A stretch of DNA of 63,055 bases, filler included, from Circinaria calcarea (Eukaryota): NCBI GenBank assembly GCA_051942165.1. It is 2 parts of 2 records of this genome, joined end to end, with 100 filler letters (N's around TTAATTAATTAA, not from the genome) between each part and the next. Parts side by side here need not be neighbours in the genome. Positions count along the whole stretch, not along the records: positions 1 to 31,673 come from JAVECS010000040.1; 1 more part is not named here. One strand, given 5' to 3'. Each line of letters begins with the position of its first letter. Position 1 is the first letter of the stretch. Under the pieces are notes generated by a model. The model was not told the origin of the DNA. It saw nothing but the letters and a program-made list of their open reading frames with translations, and did no database searches. This document shows positions 11,219-23,672 of this stretch, in pieces. Made by a program: the position numbers and the translations under genes.

Positions 11219-11419
11219 GATATCTGATGCTCGGAACATCATCTAAGATGCAAGTATCTCGGACATTGTTGGATAAGAGTAATATAAAGATCGTAGCAAC
11301 ACCTCAATTTCGATGCATCTTTTCGTATCATCAAAAACATAGAACTCAATCCAAGACATTAAATCATTTGTTTTTTAGTATTAAGCCTCCACATATTAAC
11401 TTAAGTACTCGTTTTGAAC

Positions 11420-12455
11420 ATGACTTTCCATCCCGACACTCTCCCCGATCTCAAAGGCAAAGTATTTATAGTCACAGGTGGGAATTCCGGCATGTAAGTC
11501 TTCCCTCTTCCCTCTTCCCTCTCCCCTCTCCCCTCTCACCACGAAGCCCGAATCGCTGATGTCACCAAACCACAGAGGCTACTACACCGTAGCCCACCTA
11601 GCAGAACACGGTGCCCACGTTTACATGTGCGCCCGATCCTCAGAGAAGGGCACAGCAGCCATCGCCAACATCAAGAAAATGCACCCCTCAGCCAACATCG
11701 ACCTCCTGCAAATGGATCTTATGGACCTCACCAGCGTCGTCGCGGCCGCCAAGCACTTCCTCACCCTCGAAACAGCTTTGCACGGCCTGGTCAACAACGC
11801 AGGCATCATGGCGACGCCCTTCGAAATGACCAAAGATGGCCACGAGGCCCAGTGGCAGACCAACTACCTCGCGCACTGGGTTTTGACGGAGCACCTGCTT
11901 CCTCTGATGCTGCGGACCGCCAAGACGCTTCCTCCCGGCAGCGTGCGCATCGTCAACCTCACTTCATCGGGCCACTTGGGCGCACCCAAGGGCGGTATTA
12001 ATTTCAAGGACCTATCGCTCAAATATAGCGGCCCATGGCCGCGTTACGGACAGAGCAAGCTCGCCAATATTCTGCACACCAAGACCCTGCACAAGATGTA
12101 CGGGCCCGGCTCTCCCAGTGCGCGGAACGGGGAGAGCGAAATCTGGGTTTCGTCCGTGCATCCGGGTCTGGTTGAGACGAACCTTGCCACGTCGGTGGGG
12201 GAGTCGGGATCGGGCATGATGAGTGTTTTCTCGGTCTTACGCATGTTTGGATTGATATGGCCTGCCGATAAGGGATCATGGACCAGTTTATTGTGTGCGG
12301 CGAGTCGGGATATGAAGGCGGAGCAGAGCGGCACGTATATCGAAAATTTCCGGCGGTTTGGGGAGCCGAGGTGGCAGAGCGGTGCGGCGAAGGATAGGAA
12401 GCTTGCAGAGAGGTTAGAGGAGTGGACTAGGGAGGTGATAAGGAAGCAAGGATGA
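11420..12455 (+). CDS. Short-chain dehydrogenase/reductase (retinol dehydrogenase/WWOX-like)
   Basis: Exon 1 reads MTFHPDTLPDLKGKVFIVTGGNSGI, followed by a CT-rich GT..AG intron. Exon 2 carries NNAGIM, the YGQSK catalytic motif and HPGLVETNL. Confidence 0.92.
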
Positions 12456-13563
12456 ATTCGGTAATGGCGTCAACTGGTTTCGGTCTTTTTTTAATTATAA
12501 TAATAAAATTATTACTTTATATTAGATTAAGCCTGGAATTTATGAACGCCAAGGTTTCATCGAACCCCATATCCCATTCTTGAATACATTCGAATCTATA
12601 CTCAAGGATATTGTTCTTGTTTGAACCCACCTTTTAAGAGAAGAAAGGCACGTCGGTCAGCCGGAAAGGCCAAAAGCCTTAAAGCATGCTTTCGGGCTTA
12701 GATAGAATCAAGCATTTCCACATCTATCTAACAATACGATGTACTCGCGTGACATCCCACCTTTACATTTTCTATTTTACTAGGTACGGTAATTCAGGAA
12801 ATGTTGCCGCGATGGTAAAGCGGTGCTTACCCCGATGCCGATTCAGGGATGGAATCGAATACATATCAAGAATAGGGGGTCCACCCTACGTGGGAACGAA
12901 GGTACGGAGCGGGTCAATTAACCACCGTGATGCATATATAGCAGGAGCTTTCCGCCATGCAATTCTATAGTCAAGTCGATACCAATAAACTAGTACCTAC
13001 CATAGCCAATACAGCCCTGTTCCACCCCCATTATTTTATAGTTTGCAAGGCACTTTTTATAGCGTTTAGTTCTACTCGGAAGCGTTGTAGGCTGCTGCGG
13101 AAGGGTTGAAAGGTATCTGATTGGCTGGATTCTACTTTTTAGGATAAGATTAGTGCTTCTATATGATTAAGGATGCGCTCGAGGCAGTTATGGAGAGGAA
13201 CGATTGGATTGCTAGGAGAGCTTGTGGTTGTACTAAGCTTAAAGTTAGCGTGCGCGAATTAAAAAGCTTTTTTTTATATTATTTTTTATTTATTTTAAAA
13301 CAGACTTCGACAATGGTGCCATTGTAATAATTTTCGATATTAAGCCGGGCATGCCTTATATTATTATAATCAAAGCTGATTACCAGATATAATTTACGCC
13401 AATATTATTATGGTATTGTTTCCTTGGCTTTGAACCTTGTTATTAAGTGGGAAAAGCGCAAAATTTTGAAGATCGACTGGATTAAATCTTTTTATTCACC
13501 TCGTATCTCTCAATTCTTCTGCAGTATTATCGATTCAAGAAAATTTCCTTGCCTTTTGCAAAT

Positions 13564-14432
13564 ATGGCTGTTGGTCTCAAATGGAGGCATGCCTTCGCCT
13601 CTTATTTATTTCCGCTTACAACCCTCATTCTCAATACTCTAATTACCGGCCATGTCTTTCCCCTTGAAGACTCCTCTCTGCAATGAGAGCCTGCTGCGGC
13701 ATATCTCACCTTTACCCTATTCGCTCTCGCACCCTTTGTGTTAACGCGACGAATGAGTTTGGGGACAGCCACCTCCGGTGTCTTTGCTAGCCTCTGTCTC
13801 CGGGAATTGCAGGCAATGATATCTAGACTTGCGAGCAACGCACTGGATGAGTTCTTCGCCAATGCAATGTTCGGGTTCATATTTACCTTCCTGTGGGCGG
13901 TAAAATTCCGTCACATCCAATTGATGGTGGAAAGTCCAGGAATAACAAATCACGACAAGGCATTTCCACTGGTAAGTTATCGGGTCGAATGAAACTCTGA
14001 TGGAATAATATTATTTTTCAGACTAGCCTACCAACATCTTCTCTCTAGGACCCCAAAACACCAGGCTCGTTATTCGATTACAATCACGGCTTCCTCTGCT
14101 TGTTCGCCGTATTCGGACTTCCGGTCTCGCTCTTTATTACCCTGGGCGCTGCGTTCGACGCCTCCACTTTCGGGTCTCCGTGGACCTGGCCCCTCGACTT
14201 CGTCCTCGGCTATTTCGTCTCCCTGTGGTTCGTCTTGACGGTAGCGATTTTTACCATCCTTTTCTACCGAGAGGGCAAGCCGGAGAGAGAAAGGTATGTT
14301 ATATCAGTGCTGACGGATGGGAAAACGGGATCTTACTGTGGGTGTAGTAAATCTGTACAGCGGTCACTCGAGGAGGGAGTGGATGAGGAAGTAGAGAGTC
14401 ATGGTCAGGGGTATAATATCTGTGAGGTATAG
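13564..14432 (+). pseudogene. Possible disrupted gene for an uncharacterised multi-pass membrane protein
   Basis: A hydrophobic frame from ATG 13564 (MAVGLKWRHAFASYLFPL...) is interrupted by an in-frame TGA at 13684 and then continues hydrophobic. A plausible intron lies at about 13972-14048, followed by more TM-like segments. No family was recognised. Confidence 0.3.
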
Positions 14433-16232
14433 CCACTCATTGAGTTGTGGATGAAGTTAATAAAGGTAGACCTAGATTATAGATAGGGGCTGGCTGGCGG
14501 TTAGCCTTCATTATGGTTCGGTTCTTCAAAGCTTGAGAATGAAAACAGTCACGGTTGTTCATATGCACGGGCTCGCGCTTGACAAAAAAATTTGGCACCC
14601 TGGATTATTTCGGCCTAAGTTAAGTCCCTGGCTATAGTGCCTTCCTGGCCTCTAACCCTTGAAGGTCCTCACAAATTTAGTGGTCATAATTAGGCGACAA
14701 ATCACGGTGGTCCATAATATAGCGTGCTAGCCTTTTCATCACCCGCGAGACGGGGTAGCCAAGGCCTTGAAAGAACCAACGAATTAATATTTCCACTAAA
14801 ACCCCATTCAGCAGCCTTAACCGTATCGAATTAATTTATTAAGAAATCTAACCTAACCCAATCGGGTTAAAAGTTTTGGAACTATTTCTTTTGGTGAGAC
14901 TTTTTATAAGATTTCTATTCGTGTTACCATAGCGTCTACTTGATTCTCGACCGAGGTTTTCTGTATTCCTGTCCACATCATCTTTTCATCCCTACCTACT
15001 CTTATTTCTTCCCGCATCTGCATCAGCATAAATTATAATTAGTCGGAGGAAAAAACACTTTTCACAAAGGCATCCCCGGTCTTACAAACATCACCTCTTC
15101 CTTAACCCGTATCCTCAAACCTCATCCCCCTCCTTTCCCCTCTCGCTTTCCCAAATTTGCCTCCTTGCCCTTGCCCATCCGCTTCTACCTTTAGTCTTCC
15201 CTAACCACCCACCAGACCCAGCATCAACCACTTGAGTCTCCCTGCCTTACTGGCCTACCAAAAGATTCCTTCCCTCCTTCTCCCACAAGCACTTCCCCTA
15301 CCAACTCCTGCACAAAGACACCGCCGGCTGGCCAGGAATCGGAGACAGCCATATACCGACGGTCGCGAACGGAGAGGGGTGCTCGATTCGATCCTTGACG
15401 GAGTGATGCGCAGAAGAAAGTCTGGCGGGAGCTGGGACGTGGCTGTCGATATCTCGGCGAAAACAAGGTAAAAGGCGGGAAGGGTGCCGGAGGAGTTTGG
15501 CGAGCGAGGGCGCCGGTCAGTATTTCCCCGCGGGGGCGAGGAAGACTCTAGCTGATAATCGAGGCGTGGCTGACCAGGCGGTGATTGGGGGGACGGAGGC
15601 GGGCGGGCGTCTTCGATGGCTCGACGGTGATGGCGCGGTAGGGAGAGGAGAGCGAGGGATTAGTGAACAGAGGGTGCCCGCCCGGCCCCGAGCGAGGGGG
15701 GGGCTGCAGACTTGTCGAAGTTCTAGATGGTGCATGGTAGCAAATGGACCACGACCGCAATACTATCTAGGACTCTGGGACCTTTTTTTTCTTTTTTTCT
15801 GGATTTTGATTTTTTTTCTGGGGGCCGGACTATTACGCCCTTTCTTGTCAACCCTCTAGTCCCCTCCCCTGCCCGCCGAGGTATGTGTCAGTATATCTGT
15901 TGTACGACGAGGAAGGGGGAAAAGAAAGGGTCATCGACCGTACCCGCCTTGCGGCGTGCGGGTTCGAGGAAGGGGAGGGTGGCTCATGGGGCACCCCTGG
16001 GAGGAGGAGGAGGAGGGGGCAATAGTCCGTTTCTTTAAGTTTATTGAGGAAATATTGAACGATACAAGATAATACAAAAGACATCATCCATGAGATAAAG
16101 TCATACATGATTGATATGGTATGGAGTAGGACGCCCGTGGTGAATGATTTTACAAGGCCCAAAAAGAGCTAGTCGTCAACAAACATTGCCTTGAGAGAGA
16201 AGGACCGTCCCCCCCTCCCCTTCCCAATCAAT

Positions 16233-17526
16233 CTAGTACCCTTTCTTCCGATCCACCACATTGATCAGCTCCTTGCCCTTCTCCCTCTTCACCAGATTCA
16301 CCTCCAGCACCTGGAACGCCCTGTCCACATACAAGACCCCCAAACCACTGATGTGCGGCGTGACGATGCAATTGGGTACATCCCACAACGGACTATCCCG
16401 AGGGAGCGGCTCCGGATCCGTCACGTCCAGCGCCGCGCCTCTCAATCCCCCCTCCTGCTCCGGATCTGCTCCTTTCTTCAACGCGGCGATCAGGTCATCT
16501 TGCTGGAGGATCTGGCCGCGGGAGATGTTGGAGATGAAGGCTTTTTGGCGTCCCAGGATGTCGAACTCTTCTTTGCCGAGGAGATGCGTGGTTTCTTTGG
16601 TCAGCGGGACAGAAACGAGGAGATGGTCGATGTCTTGCGAGAGGAAATGATGGAGGGAGGCTTTATCCGTTCCGCTGAACCAGGCGCTGGGGATCGAGCC
16701 ATCCGCGTCCCCAGTACCGGGGACGATGAAGCCATGATCTTTCTTGCTCTCGGGCGTGGGGCGGGGAGAAGCGGTGTAGGCAATGACATCCGAACCCATG
16801 GCCTTGAAAACTCTCCCAGCCTGCCTTCCGATACTCCCGTACCCGAGGACGCCGAAGCGCTGACCGACGTTATCGCGGATCGTGCGCAGGCGACCCTGTT
16901 GGCCCGTTTGATCCCAGTTGTGCGTCTTTTGCAAGTCGTGTAGCTCGTGGTACCGGTGCGAATGGACGAGGGCTGTCATGAGAACCCATTCCGAGATCTG
17001 AGGGCCGTGGATGCCGGACGAAGTCGTCAGGGTGATATTGGTATCCGTGTAGATGGGGTGGTTGGCGATATGGTTTGTGCCGGCCGAGAGGAAGTGGATC
17101 AGTTCTGTTGGAGGTCGGGGAGAGCGTTAGTCGGCTGCAGGGCAGAAAGTGGGGGATGCGCGGGGAGAGGAGGAATCCCCACCCAGATTGGGGCAGTCTG
17201 ACGGAGAGTGAGGAAGGGCGGCGAGGGTGACTAGAATAGTGGCATCCTTCCAAGTGTCTGTGTAGAGAAGACCAAAGTATCAGCCAATATCTGGCGTGCC
17301 CAGTTTCTCCCTCATGGGGGGGACCAGCAGCCGGATGCCCAGTCCAGAATGCCCTACCGTCGGGAATACCCTGATCCCGTGCAAAGGGGTCTGCAGTCGT
17401 CAAGTTCCTATAGGTGACTTTGATGTTCGGGTGACTGTTCTTGATCCGCTCGATAATAGCCTTTGGTTCGGGGAAGGGCAGGGTGATGAGAAGGTGCTCC
17501 GGTTTGGTGTTGGGTCCACCTCCCAT
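16233..17526 (-). CDS. D-isomer-specific 2-hydroxyacid dehydrogenase
   Basis: Starts MGGGPNTKPEHLLITLP, has two introns, and carries GVLGYGSIG (NAD binding), NISRG, AALDVTDPEPLP and TPHISG motifs. Confidence 0.92.
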
Positions 17527-18394
17527 GGTGAAAGGTGCAAGCTAGCAGTTCCAAGGTATCTAACTGTCTAATTGAGCACCGGCAAACTCAAAGATACGAT
17601 AGTCATCAATGCTAGCTACTGACTAAGTTCTGGGGAACACACAACCCTTATATAGCAGTGCTGTTGGCTACGTTGCTTATCAAACCAACCAGCTATCAAT
17701 CCTATCCCCTATCCAATCCTACGAAACGTCATCGGGTCGAGTAAGCAGACGCGGTAGAGGCAGCAATCTGATCATATTTGGTCCGGATTAGTAATATACA
17801 ATCCTCCATCCGATGCCGTACTTAGCCGAGGACATGATAACAACCCTTCGATGCCCGATATCTGTTCGCATCCAGAAATATTCAAGGTGGGTGATGGTTG
17901 CATTCGGGCAGCGTAAACATGTACAATGGTAGTATATGGCGTGCAGAATGTAGGATATGGATTCAAGGTAGTCATGCGTGGTGGTGGCACCAGGATTATC
18001 AAGCCCAGCAACTAACCTCCAAACGTGGCAATGTAGAACAGTGCCATCGTTGTAATCGAGGTTCTATCGTATCTACACAGACTATCACCAACATCTGCAC
18101 TGTACACCCAAGACCCAGCCAAGCACCACCCGCTCTCAAGTCAGTGAGGGAGGACCGTACAGTCATTATCCCGCTAGAAACATCCCTTGCCATACTTATT
18201 GCCCCCACCTTATCCAGCGCAATGATGCAGTGGTTGCCCCATGAACTCCAAATAATACACAACGCAAGATGCCAGTACTGTAAGCCTGCTCTATGCTTGG
18301 TTGGATTGCCCGTCCAACCACATGCGCATGCTCCCAAGTAAAAAATCAGGGTATCCTGCAAAACACCGTCGTTGTCGAACTCTATCATCATACT

Positions 18395-21300
18395 TCATTC
18401 TGTCGATGATTCAGTCGAACTGCGAAGCGTTACCGTCCTCTGACTCATATCACTTTCGTTTCTGTTCAGGATCCCCTTTCCACGTTTCGGTTTGGAACTC
18501 GACCTGCCTGTAGTCGGACTTCCGAAATTTTCTACCGTACCGGAAAAGCTGCTGTCTCTGGGACCGACTGCCATACTCGAGTCGGAATGCGGACGTGGAG
18601 CCGCATGTGTCATACTCCCTTGCGAAGGTGGACTTTCCACATTCCTCAGTCTGTCGAACTTTTCAATGTTCGCCTCCGTCAGAGCGGCTGCTGGAAGCAT
18701 GGGCCGTGGCGGAGCACCTTGGAAGGAGGCCTGAGGGCTGCTTCGGCGATCGGCCGATTGTGATTCACTGGCGGTAATAAAGAGTTTTTCATCACGTAGC
18801 GAGGTGGCCTTCTCTTCCGCTTCCGCTCGTCGCATTCCCCTATCTCCTTCCGACTCGGGCCCAGGTAAACGACTTCTGTCGGCAATCTCTCGAGCACGAA
18901 TGTTGCTTTCTGCCGTCTGGAATGTTTTAAGTGGTGTCTCCGGTGCATGGGAGCAAGCAGATAAATCATCCTTTTCAAGACATGCTGAGCCATGCGTAGA
19001 TGATCGCGACGTGCGGATATCGTTTCTGTCAGGATTGCGTCTAATTTCCAGCGCCCATTTGACAAGCATCTTTTCCAATGTCTTGGCTTTCACCGGCTTG
19101 GCAAGATAATCATCCATTCCAGCTCGCTGACACTTTTCTCTATCGCCCTGGATTGCAGAGGCGGTCATCGCTACTATCGGAACGGCATGCATCCCTGGCA
19201 AGGAAGAATATGGATCATGATGCCGAATGAGATGCGTCGCACGGTATCCATCGAGAATAGGCATTTGAACGTCCATGAGTATAACATCCGGTTTAGGATG
19301 ATCCGTGGTAGAATCTGCAAGCAGGTAATCGAGAGCTTCCTGGCCGTTCCACACAGCATTGACGGAGAAACCTAGCTTCTTGATTGTCTTGGTCGCAATC
19401 TGCTGATTAATAGGGCTAAATGACAGTCAGATACAAACACGCTAGGGCACTGAACGAGGGTTACGTTACTTGTCCTCGACTACTAAAACGTTCACCGCTT
19501 TGCGGTCAGCCTCCGCTAGGTACCCTCCTTGATCAGCTGCAGGAGCGGTAACCGAAGTTCTAGGTGACCGTGAGTCGGAAGGGTTCTGGCGATGAAGAGT
19601 GAAAGGGCTTGGAGTGTTGCGAGGACTCTGTGGTGGTGTACTACGACGCTCATAGTCCGACGCGCACCCGGAGACTGACAGCTCCGATTGTAACCTATCC
19701 GGGATAGACGCGAGATCGACGGGATGGGCTGAGCCACTCTGAAACTGGGGCTTACTAAAAGGAATTGAGAATGTGGCTTTGGTACCGGTCCCGAGCGTGG
19801 ATTCAAGAGTGATCTCGCCATGCATCAGATCAACCAGCTGTGTCTTGTAAGTATGGTATTGATAGTTATAAGCAGCTCGGTGTATATACGTACATTCTTG
19901 CAGATGGTGAGACCCAACCCTGTGCCACCAAACCGCCGAGCAGTGCTTGAGTCTGCCTGGCTGAACGGTTTGAAGAGTCTTTTTCGTACGTCCTCTTCAA
20001 TACCAATGCCAGTGTCTTCGATCGAAAAGAGTACCTCTATCGAATCTAACGTTTCGTGTTTTGCTTTCACGGCTAGCTTTACATACCCCTCGGAAGTAAA
20101 TTTTATACTGTTAGTTAGTAGATTAGTAAGGATTTGACGAACTCTGCAAACAGAAGTATTTACGTTAGTAGAGTGAATTTCGTTTTTGGTTAGGTGACTG
20201 CATGCTCACCTTCCTGGATCGCCAACGACGATAAGATCGTTATCGACACCAACCTGAATATCACTGTCGAATACCAGGTTCTTCCGTTCCGCTGCATAGG
20301 CTAGCATTTTGCTAACATCACGTATAACAACAGATAGACTGAACTGGACTTCTTCAATGTCCAAATGACCCGATTCGACTTTGGAAAGGTCCAAAATATC
20401 ATTGATTACCGTCAAAAGGCCATTAGCGGACCGCTGGATATTCTCGGCACATTCTCGCTGTTCGGGATCCAGATTTGTATCGATCAAGAGCTCCGACATT
20501 CCAATGACTCCGGCGATAGGTGTTCGAATTTCGTGCGACATATTCGCCAAGAACTGGGACTTCAGCCGACTTGCCTCCTTAGCTGCATTCTCTGCGGAGA
20601 GTAACCTGAGGTTCTCTTTTTCTTGGGACTGCAACTCCGCCTCTCGATCCTTGGACTCTGTCACATCCATACTAACACCAATCACGCCGTCAACCTGACC
20701 GTCGTTAAATGTGGGAACAAAGCGAGTGCGAAACCATCGCCCGTTACCATCGACGTGATGCTCGGAAATCTGTTCCTTTTGTTCTCCACCAAGGATCTCT
20801 TCGATCGGTTTCTTGTAAAGAGGTAGATCAATCTGACCTTGGTATCGCCCAAACACATCATAGATATTTCTTCCTATAGACTCGGATGTGATATCGTTCT
20901 CACTCGCATCCCACATAAGTCTGCCTTCGAGGAATGTTAGATTACGATTACGATCGACTGTCCATACGGTGACTTCGGCGTGCTTGATGACGTTGAGTAG
21001 CTGTTCGCGCGTATTCTTTGCCGTCTGTCGAGCTTCAACCAAGTCATGGATGTCGGTGATAGATCCAAACCACTTTACGATTTTTCCCGTTTTGTGGTCT
21101 CGTAATGGGAGGGCACGCCCTAGCATCCATCGCCAGGCGCCGTCATTCCTCCTGCAGCGATACTCAACCGAAAATTCGTTCCCAGTTTCCACGCAGTGAG
21201 ACCATCTGCTGACTGTTTCGGGTGTGTCATCTGGATGGAAGTGGTTCATCCATCCTTCCCCGAGAGTATCTTCGACCGTCACTCCTGTATACTCGTACCA

Positions 21301-23073
21301 CTGTTGGGAGAACCAGTCTAGAATAATTTAGCGTTTGGGACTTCGAGTTTATGAGTTGAAAGCCCACTCACCGCACAAGCCAGTGGGGCCTGTCGTCCAT
21401 AACTTTGGGAGAGAAGTTAGCGTCGACAAGAGATAATATAGTGGACCCGCCTACCATCTGGGGCATTGTGTGGCAGATCATCTCAAATTGCCTTTCGTTT
21501 TCCTCTGATTGTGTTTTGATTATCTCTGTATACTCCGTGACGTCCTTCAAGGCTACCATCCCCGCCAAGAACTCCCCCGTCTTCTCATCATAGATCCCTT
21601 CTCCACAGAGATCATATCTAAGGCGCTTTTCATCGGCGTCTATAAGTCCGATTCTCCATTTGTCAAATGGTTTCCGGGTACGACACAGCTGGACAATGGG
21701 GAACTCATCGATTTCCAGTGCTCGTTCGAAGTCTTCGGTGTAGACCTTGAAACGGGAGAGGAGATCGTAGACATCATCGGACTTTGAGCCGGTGGCCCGC
21801 TGCATAAGTCGCTTGATTGCTTTGTTGTAATAAGCCAGACTCTCGTCCTCCCACATGGCGAAGGCAGGTAATTCCATTCCATTAATAATTGCATCCTTCA
21901 TCATGAGGGTCTTCTGTAACACAGATGGTGATGTCGTGAGGTTTGTACGGCTTGGCGCTCCGAGCAGAGGGAATGACGAAGGGGAAAGGGACCCATTCGC
22001 AGACGGGAGATGAACGGAAGACGTGGAACCGTCAATCGAGAGTTGATCAGTGCCGTTTGAAGACGACGAGGCAGAGATGATTGACGGCCTTAGCGATGCT
22101 TGCGTTAGACTGCGGTCGAAGCTACTTGGTTGTGAATGCGATGTTTGTGCAGGACTATAAGACGCACTGGTAAAGGATAGGGTATAAAATCTTAGCTTTT
22201 CCATGGTCCAGATTGAGATAATCATCTTTGCTTGTATTGGAGTATCGGATTGTAACGACTTGAAGCTCCTCCCAGAAGCAGCACTTGATCCTTGGGTAAA
22301 TTGAGAATTGATCATAACCTCCACCACTACATCATATAACAAACCTTGGCGGCGAGCCTTGCGGGAAGCATGATTTGAGTTCGGAGAAGTCCCAATTGGC
22401 ATGTTGGACTCCAGACTCGTCGCTGATGATTTAGGCCCTTCACCTTGTTTGCCGAGAGATTTCCCAGCTGTCATGTCTCGATCCAGTTCGTCGGCTAAAC
22501 CATCAAAGAACTTCTGTATTAGAAGATCAGCGGGAGTAACCGTTGCCTCGACTATAATTCTCCCTGCCTTACCTCCCAGCTCACCCAAATAGGCTGACCG
22601 CCCTGCAGCATGTCGATACCGATCTGCGAAAGCGTTCGACCCTGCAGTGTATCCTGTGCTGTCACGCCTTCGCCTTCGGTATTTCCGTTGCCGTCTCCCT
22701 CTTTCCCTTGTGTGTAACCTTCTAATCCCAAGAATCTACCCATTGCTTCGTTCGCAATGATGACGGTTTTTAAGTTCGATAGGACCAGTAAAGGCGTGGG
22801 TAGGTACTGCAGAGCTGCCAAGGCCGTTTCTGCCGCACTTGGGATCTCGGGCATGCTGACGGAGGTTTGAGGACTGGTCCGGTTGGACCTTGGCACTTGC
22901 TCATCTTTCTTCTGTGTTCCGAAGTAGCTTTCGGGGTGGAATTCTTCTTGTTGAAATCCATTTGTTAATGAGGCCGACAGAGATTGCTTGAGGGTTGCAT
23001 AATTGTCCAAATCGCTTGGAGCTGGATTGGCCGGACTAAGGCCGTTGTACGACGGTTGTAACGGTTTTGACAT
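18395..23073 (-). CDS. PAS-domain hybrid histidine kinase (PAS/PAC-HisKA-HATPase-receiver)
   Basis: Multi-exon gene. PAS/PAC: HPDD...EYRCRRNDGAWRW. H-box: FLANMSHEIRTP. G boxes: EDTGIG and FGGTGLGL. Receiver: VLVVED, ILMDVQMP and MDDYLAKP. Confidence 0.93.
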
Positions 23074-23672
23074 AATCAACCACGAACTTTTCTACCTGTC
23101 CGATTTGGTCAATGGCGCGCCCCTCATTGGGAATCCGATCGGAGCTGTAGTGACAGTGGTTAACGACCGACTACATGTAGGTAAGAGAAGCGTCAATAGA
23201 AATGTCCATTAAGCTGTAGAGAGAAGTCGATGGTGGGCTTCCTATGAAGACCTCAACGTCCAAAAACGAAGCCGGGGTCATATAATGAAAAGTCGCCGTT
23301 CTAGACCCGGCCTTCCCATTTGCAGACCAAATCTCGGTCGCTTCGCTGGGAGCGGGGTGTGGCGCCGATCCCGAGGCTAATCAGCCACAAGGGCGGCTTT
23401 TAGTTTAGCCTTCACAACAGTTAAACGCCATTGAAGGGGACCTCATGCTTGAAGGGTCATCACCAACTTCTGTAAATTGGTCATTGAAGGCATGTCCCTT
23501 GCACAACGATGCCCTTTCCCTCACTGGTCTCGTTTCACTCGAATATAAAAAAACTAGCCTTTAAAGACGGTGATGATTGTGCACGCGCGCAGTTGGAGGG
23601 AGATTTATCATAGATTGAAAGTGCTAAAGCTCTCGGCTATCTTCCCTATAGCCACGATTTGTGCCGTGAAGC

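Noticed and set aside
14520..14778. Weak inverted similarity (GGTTCTTCAAAGCTTG vs CAAGGCCTTGAAAGAACC) as a possible degraded MITE
   Set aside because: The match is too short and gapped, and there is no target-site duplication.
15000..16040. GC-rich ORFs and purine/pyrimidine tracts
   Set aside because: Low-complexity sequence with conflicting frames and no domain signature.
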